A DNA stretch of 64,000 nucleotides from Longimicrobiales bacterium (GCA_965226375.1 CBDDCX010000008.1:1536001-1600000); one strand, 5' to 3'. Shown: positions 1 through 10,861, numbered from the stretch's first letter. Numbers and translations: made by a program. Notes: a model not told the origin generated them from the letters alone.

Positions 1-2448
1 GACCCTGAGGGACCGGAGACCCTCTTCGTGTCCTCCAGTGAGGCCGAGGACCGACTCTCGAGCCTCGCCCGGGTGGACGTATCGCCCGATGCGAGCGACT
101 TCCTCGAGCTCGCGTGTGTAGCGCCGCCGGTCGTCGACCGGGACATGTCCCGCTTGGGAGCGGCTCTCAGGGCGGCCTCCGGCATGGGGCACAAGAGCCT
201 CGTCCTCTGCGACAACCGTGGTCAGTGCGACCGGCTAGAAGAGATTCTCGGTGGCCCCGAAAAGATCCCTCCGGGGGCCAACGTCGTGGTCGGATCCCTC
301 GCCGCGGGATTCGTGCTCGAATGCGCCGATCCTCCGCTCCAGGTTCTGACGGATCATGAAATTTTCAGACGCTCCCGGAGGGTGCGTAGAACTCGGCGCT
401 TCCGAGGTGCGGTGGCACTGGAAAGCCTCTCGCAGCTGTCCCCCGGGGACCACGTGGTGCACATGGACCACGGCGTAGGCGTATTCAGGGGCCTCGAACG
501 GGTCGAGATCGCGGGCAAGGAGCTCGAATCCATGGCCATCGAGTACGCTGGTGGGGAGATCCTCCGCGTGCCCGTGTACCGTCTGGATCAAGTGGAACGG
601 TGGGTTGGAGAGTCGGAAACGGCCAAGGCCCCCGCCCTGCACAGAATCGGGGGCAAGCGCTGGAAAACCCTGAAGTGCAAGACCACCCAAGCCATCGAAA
701 AAATGACCGTGGAGCTACTGCAACTGTACGCCAGCCGTTCCACGATCCCGGGTTTCGCTTACTCACCCGATACCCTATGGCAAAAGGAGATGGAGTCCTC
801 GTTCCTCTACGAGGACACGCCGGACCAGCGTCTGGCCACAGAGGACGTAAAGCGCGACATGGAGTCGTCGGGGCCGATGGACCGACTGATCTGTGGAGAC
901 GTCGGGTACGGCAAGACCGAAATCGCCATACGGGCGGCTTTCAAGGCAATCCAGGACGGCAAACAGGTAGCCCTCCTGGCCCCCACCACCGTCCTCGTGG
1001 AACAACACCGTCACACCTTTGAAGAGCGACTGGCCGACTACCCGGTCAAGATCGGCGCCCTGAGCCGCTTCCGGACCCCCAAAGAGCAGAAGTTGCTCCT
1101 CCAAGGGGTGAAGACCGGCGAGATCGACATCGTACTCGGCACCCATCGGCTTCTCTCCAAGGACGTGGAGATGCCTCGCCTCGGGCTCCTCATCGTGGAC
1201 GAGGAGCAGCGCTTCGGGGTTCGGCACAAAGAGCGACTCAAGCAACTCCGCACCTCGGTGGACGTGTTGACACTCACGGCGACCCCGATCCCCCGCACCC
1301 TGTACCTGTCCCTCACCGGTATCCGTGATCTCTCGCTCATCCGAACACCGCCGCGGGACCGCATGCCGATTATCACCCACTTGGTCCCCTGGTCCGATCA
1401 AATCATCGCCGAAGCCCTCCAACGAGAACTCGACCGGGGAGGGCAAGCGTTCTTTCTCCACAATCTGGTGTCGACCATTCAGGGTGCCGCCGACCGCATG
1501 CGGAGCCTGGCCCCGGAAGCCAGGGTCGAGGTGGCCCACGGGCAGATGAAGGCACGAGAACTGGACCGGGTCATGCGGGACTTCGTGGACGGACAGGTCG
1601 ACATCCTGGTGTGTTCATCCATCATCGAGAACGGTCTGGACGTGCCCAACGCCAACACGCTGATCGTCAACCGGGCGGACCACTTCGGACTGTCCCAGCT
1701 CTACCAGATCCGAGGTCGCGTAGGACGCTCCGACCGCCGGGCCTACTGCTACCTGATCGTGCCGGACAGCCTCAACGACGAGGCCGAGCGCCGTCTCAGG
1801 GTGCTGGAGCACTACACAGAGTTGGGGAGTGGTTATTCGGTAGCGCTTCGCGACATGGAGCTCAGAGGCGCGGGAAACCTACTCGGCGGAGATCAAACCG
1901 GATTTACCCACGCCATCGGCATCGACGCCTACATGCGCCTCTTGGAGCAGACCGTGAAACGGCTCAAGGAAGGCGATGTCGAGCAGGAGTATCCTCATCC
2001 TGAAATCACGATGGCCGGCTCGGCGTATCTACCCGACGAATACATCCCGGACTCGGGACAGAAACTGCACCTATACCGCCGCCTCTCCAAGCTCACACAT
2101 ATTGCGGAAGTGGAGGCCTTACGCGAGGAGCTCGAAGACCGGTTCGGCACCCTTCCGAAAGAGGTCGAGCGCCTTCTCGATGGAGCCGGACTGCGAATTC
2201 TCGGGCGCAAGCTCGGGGTCGAGCGTATTCTGCTACGAAAGGGTGAAGCGAGGGTGAACTTCAGATCCACCGCCACGCCCCGGCTGGCCGTTTTGGAAGG
2301 CCCGCTTCGCGACCATCAGGTCGACGTCGAGGTGCGCAGGTTGACGCCTCTTTCGTTGGCCCTTCATCAGGTCGGGCCCGATACGCTAGTTTCGACGTTG
2401 ATCCTCGCGCTTTCGACTTTATTGAATACTCGAAGTGAAACCGTTTAA
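1..2448 (+). CDS. mfd: Transcription-repair coupling factor (5' end outside window)
   Basis: Frame open from base 1. CarD-like RID (VVHMDHGVGVF), SF2 motifs GDVGYGKT, DEEQRFG, TATPIPRT, QIRGRVGR, then TRCF C-terminal domain. Confidence 0.97.
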   Translation, partial: DPEGPETLFVSSSEAEDRLSSLARVDVSPDASDFLELACVAPPVVDRDMSRLGAALRAASGMGHKSLVLCDNRGQCDRLEEILGGPEKIPPGANVVVGSLAAGFVLECADPPLQVLTDHEIFRRSRRVRRTRRFRGAVALESLSQLSPGDHVVHMDHGVGVFRGLERVEIAGKELESMAIEYAGGEILRVPVYRLDQVERWVGESETAKAPALHRIGGKRWKTLKCKTTQAIEKMTVELLQLYASRSTIPGFAYSPDTLWQKEMESSFLYEDTPDQRLATEDVKRDMESSGPMDRLICGDVGYGKTEIAIRAAFKAIQDGKQVALLAPTTVLVEQHRHTFEERLADYPVKIGALSRFRTPKEQKLLLQGVKTGEIDIVLGTHRLLSKDVEMPRLGLLIVDEEQRFGVRHKERLKQLRTSVDVLTLTATPIPRTLYLSLTGIRDLSLIRTPPRDRMPIITHLVPWSDQIIAEALQRELDRGGQAFFLHNLVSTIQGAADRMRSLAPEARVEVAHGQMKARELDRVMRDFVDGQVDILVCSSIIENGLDVPNANTLIVNRADHFGLSQLYQIRGRVGRSDRRAYCYLIVPDSLNDEAERRLRVLEHYTELGSGYSVALRDMELRGAGNLLGGDQTGFTHAIGIDAYMRLLEQTVKRLKEGDVEQEYPHPEITMAGSAYLPDEYIPDSGQKLHLYRRLSKLTHIAEVEALREELEDRFGTLPKEVERLLDGAGLRILGRKLGVERILLRKGEARVNFRSTATPRLAVLEGPLRDHQVDVEVRRLTPLSLALHQVGPDTLVSTLILALSTLLNTRSETV

Positions 2449-2473
2449 CCAGATATGCCATAGTATGTTAAGG

Positions 2474-3946
2474 ATGACAGCGATGTACACAGCCCAGCCT
2501 CTTCCCCGGATAGCACGTGCCGTCCGCGCCGCAACCCTCGGATTGGTGACGATCCTCGGAGCGTGTGATGCGGGATCCGATCGGACCGTGGCCAGGGTCG
2601 GAGACCACGAGCTCTCTGTCGACCAACTCGTCGAGCTCCTGGCCCGTCAAAACGCGGTACCCAATCAGCCGGATGTCGTAGAGGCTCTCGCGAACTTCTG
2701 GGTCGACTACGCTCTGCTTGCTGAGTCCGCGCAGGAGGACCCTCTGTTCACGAACCTCGATCTGAGCCCACTCCTGGATCCTCAGTTCCAGCAGGAGATC
2801 ATCGAACTGTACCTCGCCTCGGCCGTAGACCCGGATACGGCGCTCTCCGACGATGCGCTCCGAGCGTTGTGGGACGCGGATCCGCCCGCGGATTCCGTGC
2901 GGGCCCGGCACATTCTGCTCACCTTTCCGGCCCAGGCCACGGAGACTCAGGTCGACAGCGTCATGAGACTGGCCGTCGAGTTGAAGAACCGGGCGCAACG
3001 GGGGGAGTCCTTCGAGGCGCTCGCCCGTCGATATTCCGAAGATACGGGGAGCGGGTCGCTCGGCGGCGATCTGGGCTACTTCGGGCCCGGCGCCATGGTG
3101 CCGAGCTTCGAGGAGGCGGCCTATGCCCTCGAAGTGGGAGGTGTGAGCGACCCCGTGGGAAGCCAGTTCGGAGTGCACATGATTCAACTGGTCGACCGCA
3201 AGCCGACGACCTTCGACAACGGTGCGGCCGCCTTCAGGACTTTCGTGGTCGCGCAACGGGTCCGCCAAGCCGACTCGACGTTCCTCGCCGACCTGGACGA
3301 AGAGGCCGGCATCGAAGTGACGCCGGCGGCCGTTGCCGTACTGAGGGAACTCGCCGCCCGACCGCAAGAGCGGTTGAGCGGACGCGCCGCCAGTCGGACG
3401 GTGGTCGATTACCAAGGCGGCAAGTATTCGGCGGGAGAGCTTCGCGAGTTCTTACAATCCAGACCCGTCGAGTTCGCCACTCAGGTCCAGGGCGCCTCAG
3501 AAGAGGACGTGCGCGTGCTCCTGCAGCGGCTGGGTCAGGCTCGCGTGCTAATCGCGAAGGCCGAAGATGCGGGCATCACGCTGTCGGAGGAGCGTAAGGA
3601 CACGCTGCGTACTGCTACGATAGCCCAGGTGACCCAGGCGGCCGACGCCCTCGGTATCCGCCAAATAACGGCGTTGGAAAACGAGACGGCGGACGAAGCA
3701 CTCGATCGTACGCTACTACAGATTCTGCGGGAGCTGGTGGCAGGCACTCGCAACGCCATCCCACTCAGTGTGATCACCGTTACTCTCCGACGAGACGAGC
3801 ACTGGACGGTTTCGGATCGCTCCATCGCGGCCACCGTGGCTCGGATCGACGAACTCCTCGGGGTGACGGAGGGAACACAGCCGCCGGCCGCGCCCATCGC
3901 GCAACCCGCACCGGATGAGCCGGTCCAGGATACGACCGAAAACTGA
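2474..3946 (+). CDS. Parvulin/PpiC-type peptidyl-prolyl isomerase, probable lipoprotein
   Basis: VRARHILL...FEALARRYSED...GGDLGYF...MVPSFEEAA rotamase motif; LGAC lipobox. Start uncertain (2435/2474/2483). Confidence 0.85.
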   Translation: MTAMYTAQPLPRIARAVRAATLGLVTILGACDAGSDRTVARVGDHELSVDQLVELLARQNAVPNQPDVVEALANFWVDYALLAESAQEDPLFTNLDLSPLLDPQFQQEIIELYLASAVDPDTALSDDALRALWDADPPADSVRARHILLTFPAQATETQVDSVMRLAVELKNRAQRGESFEALARRYSEDTGSGSLGGDLGYFGPGAMVPSFEEAAYALEVGGVSDPVGSQFGVHMIQLVDRKPTTFDNGAAAFRTFVVAQRVRQADSTFLADLDEEAGIEVTPAAVAVLRELAARPQERLSGRAASRTVVDYQGGKYSAGELREFLQSRPVEFATQVQGASEEDVRVLLQRLGQARVLIAKAEDAGITLSEERKDTLRTATIAQVTQAADALGIRQITALENETADEALDRTLLQILRELVAGTRNAIPLSVITVTLRRDEHWTVSDRSIAATVARIDELLGVTEGTQPPAAPIAQPAPDEPVQDTTEN

Positions 3947-4001
3947 CGAGAACTCGTATGCGCCGATCGGAACATGACTTTTCGAAGAGGTTAGAGAACG
4001 G

Positions 4002-5375
4002 ATGAGAAACCGTTCAGTGAAATCAGCATCCGCAATGCGAGCCGGGGGCCGGATCCTGATGACCCCCCTGTTCATCGCGGTACTCGTGGCAGCCAACACA
4101 GAGTCGGCCGCCGCGCAGAACCCTCCGGGCCTCACCGACGTGGTCGAACAGGTGGCCGCCGTCGTGGGTGACTCCGTGATCCTCATGACGGAGATCGATT
4201 CCTACCTTCTCCGACTGGAGGCGCAGGGTTGGACTCGCCCCGAGACCACGTCCGAGCTGATGTCCTTCAAAGCCGATGTGCTCGATCTCCTGATCAACGA
4301 GCAACTGGTGATTCAGGATGCCGGACGCGACAGCACGCTCGCCGTGGGTGAAGAAGAGCTGGAGGAACGGCTCCAGTTGGAGATCGACGGCCAGATCCGT
4401 CAGTTCGGCACGCTGTCGCGGCTACAGGAAGCGCTCGCAGAGCAAAGCATGACCATGTCGATCTTTCGTGACCAACGCAGGAGCGCCATCAAGCGCCAAC
4501 TCCTGCAAGAGCGCTACATGGCCAAGAGGGGTCGCAGCGCAAGGAACGTCGTCATCTCCGAGGAAGAGCTCCGGACCTTCTTCGCCGAGAACAAGGAGCA
4601 GCTGCCCCAGCTCCCGCCCACCATCGCCTTCATGAACCTGCAATTGGCTCCCTTACCGACGGAGGCCGCGAAGGCCGAAGCGCTCGCTGAGGCCGATAGC
4701 GTCTTGCGGATGTTACGCGACGGTGAACAAGACGACTTCGGCGAGCTGGCGAGGCAATTCTCGGACGGACCGTCGGCGAGTGACGGGGGGCAGCTAGGCT
4801 GGGTTCGGCGCGACGGCGCGTTCGTCGAAGAATTTGAAGAAGTCGCGTTCATGCTCGCACCGGGAATGGTGAGTGTTCCGACCGAGACCGACTTCGGGTA
4901 CCACTTGATCCTGGTGGAGCGAGTTCGAGGCGGTGAGCGACGAGTTCGGCACATTCTCTTCCAGCCGGAGATCACCGAAGCGGACATCGCGGCCAATCTG
5001 GAACGGGCCACCGAGTACAGGGATCGCTTGCGCGACGGGGAAGATATGGGGGAATTGGCCGAGCTGATCGAAGAATCAGTGGACACCCTGGACCTGACCG
5101 TCGCCGAGATCAATCAGATCTCGAACGTCTATGCCGAAGCCCTCCAGACGGCAGAACCGGGTGATATCCTGGGCCCTCTCCGTTTCGGAGCGGAAGGCGA
5201 CAATACCCTGGCGCTCATCAAGGTGACAACCGTCAAAGGGGGAGGAGACGTCCAGTTCGAGGATGTGCGGGATCAGATCGAGACGCGCATGCAGTCGGCG
5301 CGGCTCACCGAGGGCGTGGTCGAGGGCTTGAGAGATCGCGTATTCATCGAGATCCGACTCGCTGGAGCGCGCTGA
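4002..5375 (+). CDS. surA: SurA-like periplasmic chaperone/PPIase
   Basis: SurA N-domain (QVAAVVGDSVI), parvulin domain (FGELARQFSDGPSASDGGQLGW, GYHLI, VRHIL); directly upstream of pdxA. Confidence 0.8.
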   Translation: MRNRSVKSASAMRAGGRILMTPLFIAVLVAANTESAAAQNPPGLTDVVEQVAAVVGDSVILMTEIDSYLLRLEAQGWTRPETTSELMSFKADVLDLLINEQLVIQDAGRDSTLAVGEEELEERLQLEIDGQIRQFGTLSRLQEALAEQSMTMSIFRDQRRSAIKRQLLQERYMAKRGRSARNVVISEEELRTFFAENKEQLPQLPPTIAFMNLQLAPLPTEAAKAEALAEADSVLRMLRDGEQDDFGELARQFSDGPSASDGGQLGWVRRDGAFVEEFEEVAFMLAPGMVSVPTETDFGYHLILVERVRGGERRVRHILFQPEITEADIAANLERATEYRDRLRDGEDMGELAELIEESVDTLDLTVAEINQISNVYAEALQTAEPGDILGPLRFGAEGDNTLALIKVTTVKGGGDVQFEDVRDQIETRMQSARLTEGVVEGLRDRVFIEIRLAGAR

Positions 5376-5391
5376 CGCGCTGTAGCAGCAG

Positions 5392-6336
5392 ATGTCGGCG
5401 AACCGTCTTGCGGTCACGTTGGGAGACCCGCGGGGCATAGGGCCGGAGGTAGTGCTGAAGGCCGTGGCCAACCTTCAGCCTCGAGAGGACGCCGCTCCGA
5501 TCGTCTTGGTCGGCCCGGACGGCTACGACCCCGGCGTCGGTCCATACGAGTCGGTCGGATCCTTCGACGGCACAGAGGCCTCGGCCGGCTCCGTGTCCGC
5601 CTTGGCCATCGAGCGGGCCGTGACCCTGGCGCTGGAAGGCTCAGTCTCAGGCATCGTAACGGGTCCTATCCATAAACCTGCCCTCCGCGCTGCCGGCCTT
5701 GTCGATCCGGGACACACCGAGATGCTAAAACGGCTCACGGGTGCCCCCGAAGTGGGCATGCTCATGGCCGCGGAGGAGACGGGGCTCGGCGGCCCCTTAC
5801 GGGTCCTCCTGGCCACGACCCACGTCGCGCTGAGACGTGTACCCGACCTCGTGAGCCTGCAGGTGCTCGTCAGCCAGACCACTCTGTTGAGTCGGGCGCT
5901 GGAGAACGATTGGGGCATCGCGACACCCCAGATCGCGCTGTGTGCGCTCAACCCCCACGCGTCGGACGAGGGGCTTTTCGGAGACGACGAGGCCGTCGTC
6001 TTCCTTCCCGCTGTGGAGGAACTTCGGAGGGCAGGCGTCCTCGCCCATGGCCCCATTCCGGCGGATACGGTGTTCAGCCGTGCGCTTAGGGGTGAATTCG
6101 ACGCGGTCGTGGCGCCCTACCACGACGTGGGCATGGCCCCGTTCAAGACCGTGACCTTCGGGCAGGGCGTCAACGTCACGTTGGGACTGCCCTTCGTTCG
6201 GACCTCGCCGGACCACGGTACGGCGTTCGACCTGGTGGGAACCGGGCGAGCGGACTCGTCTTCCATGGAAGAGGCCATCCGTATGGCCGAACTCATAACA
6301 CAAAACCGTTTTGACACGCTGCCCGCCCAGGCTTAG
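5392..6336 (+). CDS. pdxA: 4-hydroxythreonine-4-phosphate dehydrogenase
   Basis: TLGDPRGIGPE, PGHTE, LNPHA, YHDVG, RTSPDHGTAFD motifs. Confidence 0.95.
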   Translation: MSANRLAVTLGDPRGIGPEVVLKAVANLQPREDAAPIVLVGPDGYDPGVGPYESVGSFDGTEASAGSVSALAIERAVTLALEGSVSGIVTGPIHKPALRAAGLVDPGHTEMLKRLTGAPEVGMLMAAEETGLGGPLRVLLATTHVALRRVPDLVSLQVLVSQTTLLSRALENDWGIATPQIALCALNPHASDEGLFGDDEAVVFLPAVEELRRAGVLAHGPIPADTVFSRALRGEFDAVVAPYHDVGMAPFKTVTFGQGVNVTLGLPFVRTSPDHGTAFDLVGTGRADSSSMEEAIRMAELITQNRFDTLPAQA

Positions 6337-6339
6337 CTT
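6311..6339 (+). promoter_or_regulatory. Putative sigma70 promoter for ftsEX-envC
   Basis: TTGACA-17 nt-TAGCTT overlapping the end of pdxA. Confidence 0.55.
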
Positions 6340-6408
6340 TTTTACCCGGGCACTCGTTGCTCCCGGAAGTGGATGGCAAATACCAACTTACGGGGTCGCG
6401 ACAACCGC

Positions 6409-7104
6409 GTGATAAAGTTCATTCACGTCACAAAAGAGTATGGTCGGGGTGAGCCCGCCCTCAAGGACATTTCCTTCCATCTACCCAAGGCCCAGTTCGC
6501 TTTCCTCAGGGGCCATTCAGGTTCGGGCAAATCCACGACGATGCGACTCGTCCACATGGTCGAGAAGCCGAGTCGGGGTGAGGTCCGGGTGAGCGGTTTT
6601 TCGTCAGAGCGTACCTCCGCGCGTGACGTCTGGAAGCTCCGCCGGCGCGTTGGATACGTCTTCCAGGACTTCCGCTTGCTGCCTGGCCGCACGGCGATGG
6701 AGAACGTGGCCTTCGCACTCGAGGTGACGGGCACGAGCAGAAAGCAGATCAAGCCTCGCGCACAGCGTCTGCTGTCCCAGGTGGGACTGGCCCCGAAGGC
6801 CGGTTCAGCGGTTCACGAGCTCTCGGGCGGGGAACAACAGCGGGTTGCCATCGCCCGTGCACTCGCACATGAGCCCCTCCTGCTGCTGGCCGACGAACCC
6901 TCGGGCAACCTCGACGATCGCGCCACGCGCGGCATCATGGAGCTGTTCTGGGAAATCAATGCCTTGGGGATGGCCGTCCTGATGGCCACCCACGATCTGG
7001 ACCTGATCCGCCGCTATCCGTCGGCTCGAGTTCTGGAGCTCGACCAAGGACGGTTGGTGTACGACTCCCACGAAACGCCTCAGGCGGAAGGGAGCGAGGA
7101 CTGA
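6409..7104 (+). CDS. ftsE: Cell division ATP-binding protein FtsE
   Basis: GHSGSGKST, VFQDFRLL, LSGGEQQRVAIARA, LADEPSGNLD; followed by ftsX. GTG start chosen; ATG at 6373 possible. Confidence 0.93.
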   Translation: MIKFIHVTKEYGRGEPALKDISFHLPKAQFAFLRGHSGSGKSTTMRLVHMVEKPSRGEVRVSGFSSERTSARDVWKLRRRVGYVFQDFRLLPGRTAMENVAFALEVTGTSRKQIKPRAQRLLSQVGLAPKAGSAVHELSGGEQQRVAIARALAHEPLLLLADEPSGNLDDRATRGIMELFWEINALGMAVLMATHDLDLIRRYPSARVLELDQGRLVYDSHETPQAEGSED

Positions 7105-7105
7105 C

Positions 7106-7963
7106 GTGTTCTACACCGTCCGAGAAACCATCTCCGCCTTTCGCCGGGCCCCACTCCTGACCGGTCTTTCGGCCGCAATGGTGGCCCTGGCCCTGTTCGT
7201 AGTCGGGCTGTTTTCCCTCGCGGCCCACAATCTGAAGCTCGCTTTCGACACCCTCGAGGAACGGGTGGAGATCGTCGCCTACCTCGGGGACGATGCGACC
7301 AATGACCAGATCGCTGAAATGGAGAGCGCCATGTCGGCGCTTCCCGAGGTGGTGGCCGTCGAGTTCGTAACCAAGAACGAGGCGCTCGAGAAAGCACGTC
7401 GGGAGCTTCCCGAATTCCGCGAGGTGATGACCGACCTGGAGGTAAACCCCCTCCCGGCCTCACTCGAGATCGAACTGCAACCTGGCAGTCGGACACCGGC
7501 AACGGTCGATAGGCTGGCCCGACAGGCCCGGCTCTATCCCTTCGTGGAGGACGTACAGTACGGACGGGAGTGGGTAGACAAGCTCTTCACGCTCCGGCGG
7601 ATGGGGGGCGTCACCGCCACCGTGCTGGGCGTTGCGTTCGCCGTGGTGGCCGCCCTCATCATCGGGACAGCCGTTCGGATCGCCATCTTCGCCAGGCGTG
7701 AAGAGATCAAAGTGATGCAGTTGGTCGGCGCACGGAACGGGTTCATTCGGCGCCCCTTCCTCGTCGAGGGCGGGATTACCGGAGCCCTGGGCGGGATCCT
7801 GGCGGTCGGACTCACGTACGCGACCTTCAGGGCGGTCTTCCACTATCTGTTCTCCATCGAATGGATCCCGATGGAGTGGGCCGGCGGCGTGGTCTTGGCA
7901 GGTGTGGTCTTCGGCGTCATCGCCAGCGGCTTCGCTGTACGCAAACACCTCAGGGAAGTCTGA
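7106..7963 (+). CDS. ftsX: Cell division permease FtsX
   Basis: NPLPASLE periplasmic motif, RREEIKVMQLVGA...IRRPFLVEG, four TM segments. Confidence 0.93.
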   Translation: MFYTVRETISAFRRAPLLTGLSAAMVALALFVVGLFSLAAHNLKLAFDTLEERVEIVAYLGDDATNDQIAEMESAMSALPEVVAVEFVTKNEALEKARRELPEFREVMTDLEVNPLPASLEIELQPGSRTPATVDRLARQARLYPFVEDVQYGREWVDKLFTLRRMGGVTATVLGVAFAVVAALIIGTAVRIAIFARREEIKVMQLVGARNGFIRRPFLVEGGITGALGGILAVGLTYATFRAVFHYLFSIEWIPMEWAGGVVLAGVVFGVIASGFAVRKHLREV

Positions 7964-7965
7964 TC

Positions 7966-9177
7966 GTGTCCCATCGCCCGTCTCTGCTGATTCCAGCTCT
8001 CCTCTTCGGGGCAGTCCTCGTTGGGCCGTCGAGTCTCACGGGTCAGGCCGAGGGCATACGGAGGGAGATCCTCGAGAGCCAACGACGCCTCGAACAGGTG
8101 CGCGCGGAGCGGGTGCTGCTGCAGCGCGAAATGTCCAACCTGGAGGGTCGCGTCCGCGACGTATCGGGGGAACTCGCCAACATCGAGCGCCAGATCAGTG
8201 CCTCCCGGTCGGCTCTCGGCGAGATCGACTTCCAAGTCGACGCGGTGGCAGGCGAGATCGAAGGCTCAGCGCGCAACCTCGTGGTCACCAGGGAAAGGCT
8301 GAAGAACGGGGCCGCTGTGCTCAATCGCCGGCTACGGGATATCTATAAGCGAGGCCCCCTTCATTCGGTGAGCGTGATGCTGGGGGCCGCGTCGTTCTCC
8401 GACCTGCTCACCCGCTATCGGTATCTGAGGCTTATCGCTTCTTACGATCGCACGCTTGTGCGGCGGGTGGGGGAGCTCGAGGCCAATCTGGTGGTTCAGA
8501 ATGACGATCTCGAGAACCAGATGTCCGACCTCGGTCGTCTGCGGCAGGCCAAGCAAGGAGAGGTGGTGTCACTCAGAACGGTGGAAGACCGACACCGGAG
8601 AGCACTGGAAAGCTTCCGATCTGAGGAGCGGCGAGCGGGAAGCCGTCTGGAGGAGCTCGACAGTGACGAGACCCGCCTGACGGGATTGGTCACCGACCTC
8701 GAAGCCCGACGCCTCGAGGCGGAGCGTCGTTCGGCAAGTGGCGCCCCGACCCTGTCTTCCGAAGACGTAGGCTCCCTCGACTGGCCTGTGAACGGCGAGC
8801 TGATCTATCGCTTTGGTCGAGAGCGGAGACCGAACGGGATCGTCCTCAGATGGAACGGAATCGGCATTCGGGCTTCCATCGGGTCGCCCGTTCGGGCAGT
8901 TCGTGCGGGAACGGTGGTCCTGGCGGGACCGTTCGAGGGGTATGGCCCCACCGTGGTGCTCAGTCACGGCCAGGGCTTCTATACACTCTATCTCTACCTC
9001 GAAGAGATAGGGGTAATCCAGGGGCGGCAGGTGGTGGCGAGTCAGGTAGTCGGGACGGTGGGTGGGTCCGATACGCCCGAAGGCCCACACATCGAGTTCC
9101 AGGTAAGGGCACCCGTCGACGGCGGGTCACCGCAAGCCCGGGATCCACTCCAGTGGCTACGGCCCTTGGGCAGGTGA
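7966..9177 (+). CDS. envC: EnvC-like coiled-coil M23-domain murein hydrolase activator
   Basis: Signal peptide, long coiled coil, C-terminal LytM domain with degenerate Zn ligands (WNGIGI, YLYL, HIEF); follows ftsEX. Confidence 0.8.
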   Translation: MSHRPSLLIPALLFGAVLVGPSSLTGQAEGIRREILESQRRLEQVRAERVLLQREMSNLEGRVRDVSGELANIERQISASRSALGEIDFQVDAVAGEIEGSARNLVVTRERLKNGAAVLNRRLRDIYKRGPLHSVSVMLGAASFSDLLTRYRYLRLIASYDRTLVRRVGELEANLVVQNDDLENQMSDLGRLRQAKQGEVVSLRTVEDRHRRALESFRSEERRAGSRLEELDSDETRLTGLVTDLEARRLEAERRSASGAPTLSSEDVGSLDWPVNGELIYRFGRERRPNGIVLRWNGIGIRASIGSPVRAVRAGTVVLAGPFEGYGPTVVLSHGQGFYTLYLYLEEIGVIQGRQVVASQVVGTVGGSDTPEGPHIEFQVRAPVDGGSPQARDPLQWLRPLGR

Positions 9178-10322
9178 GCCTTCACCACTTCGTAGGGCAC
9201 GATACCGTCCGTTCCTCGCTCGCCCTCGCTTGGGAGCGTGGTTCCCTGCCAGTCACCATGTTGATCCACGGACCCAGGGGTGTCGGCAAGCAGCGACTCG
9301 CCCTGTGGCTTGGACAACTCCTGATGTGTACCGCACCGACCGCCGTCGGCCCATGCGCCGAGTGTAAGGCCTGCCGGATGGCGCTGTCCCTGGAGCATCC
9401 GGACCTCCACTGGTATTTCCCCCTGCCGAAGCCGCCGCGGGTGCGTCCCGACAAGCTCGCCGCGGCCATGGAAGAGGCGCGACATGAGGCCCTGGCAGAT
9501 CGCAGGCAGAACACGCTCAGACCAGCCGTGCAAGCAACTGAACCCACCGGCCTCTACCTGGCGGTGGCGCAGCACCTACGCTCGCAGGCCCGAAAGCGGC
9601 CGGCCATGGGCGCCCGGCAGGTCTTCGTCATCGGTGACGCGGAGACCCTGGTGCCCCAGGAATCCAGCCAGGCGGCGGCCAACGCCTTGCTGAAGCTGCT
9701 GGAGGAGCCTCCGGCAGATACCTCGTTGATCCTGACCTCGAGCGAGCCGGGCCGCCTCTTGGCCACGATCCGCTCCAGGACCATGCCGCTTCACCTGCCG
9801 GGACTCCCGGACCGAGACGTGGCAGCGTTCCTCGTGGCGGTGGCCGAGGTCGACCAGGAGAGCGCGGACAGGGCGGCACAACTGGGTCGAGGTTCCATAA
9901 GCCGCGCCCTGGGATTTCTTCCCGAAGGTGACGATCCCGGGCCATTGGAAAAGCTGCGACAGCAAGCCTTCCGTCTTCTGAAGGCGGCGTCGGCCCCGGA
10001 CGCCGGCTCCATTTACCGTCAATCTCTCGAATTCCAGTCTGTACGGGGCCGCGGCCTGATCGCGCTCCTGGACCTGTTCGAAGATGCTCTCCGGGACCTG
10101 TCCGCTACGGCGGCGGGAGTCCCTGATCGGGTCATCAGCCGCGACACGGCCGACTTTCTGGAACGGATTCAGACCGAGCGGGATATCCACCCTGTCGCGA
10201 TCGCCGCCGCATTCGCCAGGTTGGAGGAAGCCAAGGAGATGGCGGCGGGGAACGTAAACCCCCAGCTCGTCGTTGCGGGACTCTTGACCGGGATCCGAGA
10301 GGCACTGAATGGCAGCGTCTGA
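9174..10322 (+). CDS. holB: DNA polymerase III delta' subunit
   Basis: HGPRGVGK, CxxC Zn module, HPDLH, AANALLKLLEEPP, TIRSR. Confidence 0.9.
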   Translation: MSLHHFVGHDTVRSSLALAWERGSLPVTMLIHGPRGVGKQRLALWLGQLLMCTAPTAVGPCAECKACRMALSLEHPDLHWYFPLPKPPRVRPDKLAAAMEEARHEALADRRQNTLRPAVQATEPTGLYLAVAQHLRSQARKRPAMGARQVFVIGDAETLVPQESSQAAANALLKLLEEPPADTSLILTSSEPGRLLATIRSRTMPLHLPGLPDRDVAAFLVAVAEVDQESADRAAQLGRGSISRALGFLPEGDDPGPLEKLRQQAFRLLKAASAPDAGSIYRQSLEFQSVRGRGLIALLDLFEDALRDLSATAAGVPDRVISRDTADFLERIQTERDIHPVAIAAAFARLEEAKEMAAGNVNPQLVVAGLLTGIREALNGSV

Positions 10323-10821
10323 TCAAGACGACAGATCGGGTACGGCAGGTCTGACACACCTGGACCCCGAAGGGCGCGCCCACATGGTCGACGTCACGCA
10401 GAAGAATGTCACCCAGCGAACCGCGGTGGCCGAGGGTCGCATTCGCATGTCCGCTGAGACCTTTAGCGCCATCGAGGCTGGGGACATGAAGAAGGGCGAC
10501 GTCGTCCAGGTAGCCCGGGTGGCTGCCATTGTGGCAGGAAAACGTACCGGCGAACTGATTCCTCTCTGTCATATGCTCCCCGGTGCATCGTTTAGCATAG
10601 ACGTGGAGATGGACCGGGACCTACCTGGAATCGTAATGCGAGCCGAGGTGACGGTCGCCGGGCAAACGGGCGTGGAAATGGAAGCCCTCACCTCCGTGAC
10701 CGTGGGTCTGCTGACGGTGTACGACATGGCCAAGTCCATCGATCGTGGCATGGTGATCGAGGGCGTCCGCCTCCTGCTCAAGGACGGTGGAAAGTCCGGC
10801 CGTTGGTCCGCCGACGACTGA
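10309..10821 (+). CDS. moaC: Cyclic pyranopterin monophosphate synthase
   Basis: LTHLD...AHMVDV, LIPLCH, TGVEMEALT, YDMAKSID, GGKSG. Confidence 0.96.
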   Translation: MAASDQDDRSGTAGLTHLDPEGRAHMVDVTQKNVTQRTAVAEGRIRMSAETFSAIEAGDMKKGDVVQVARVAAIVAGKRTGELIPLCHMLPGASFSIDVEMDRDLPGIVMRAEVTVAGQTGVEMEALTSVTVGLLTVYDMAKSIDRGMVIEGVRLLLKDGGKSGRWSADD

Positions 10822-10861
10822 GCAACACACAACAACTCGATTCACTTCTGGAGACGTATCC

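Noticed and set aside
7966..9177. Degenerate M23 active site as a novelty
   Set aside because: Loss of the Zn ligands is the known, expected state for EnvC-type activators.
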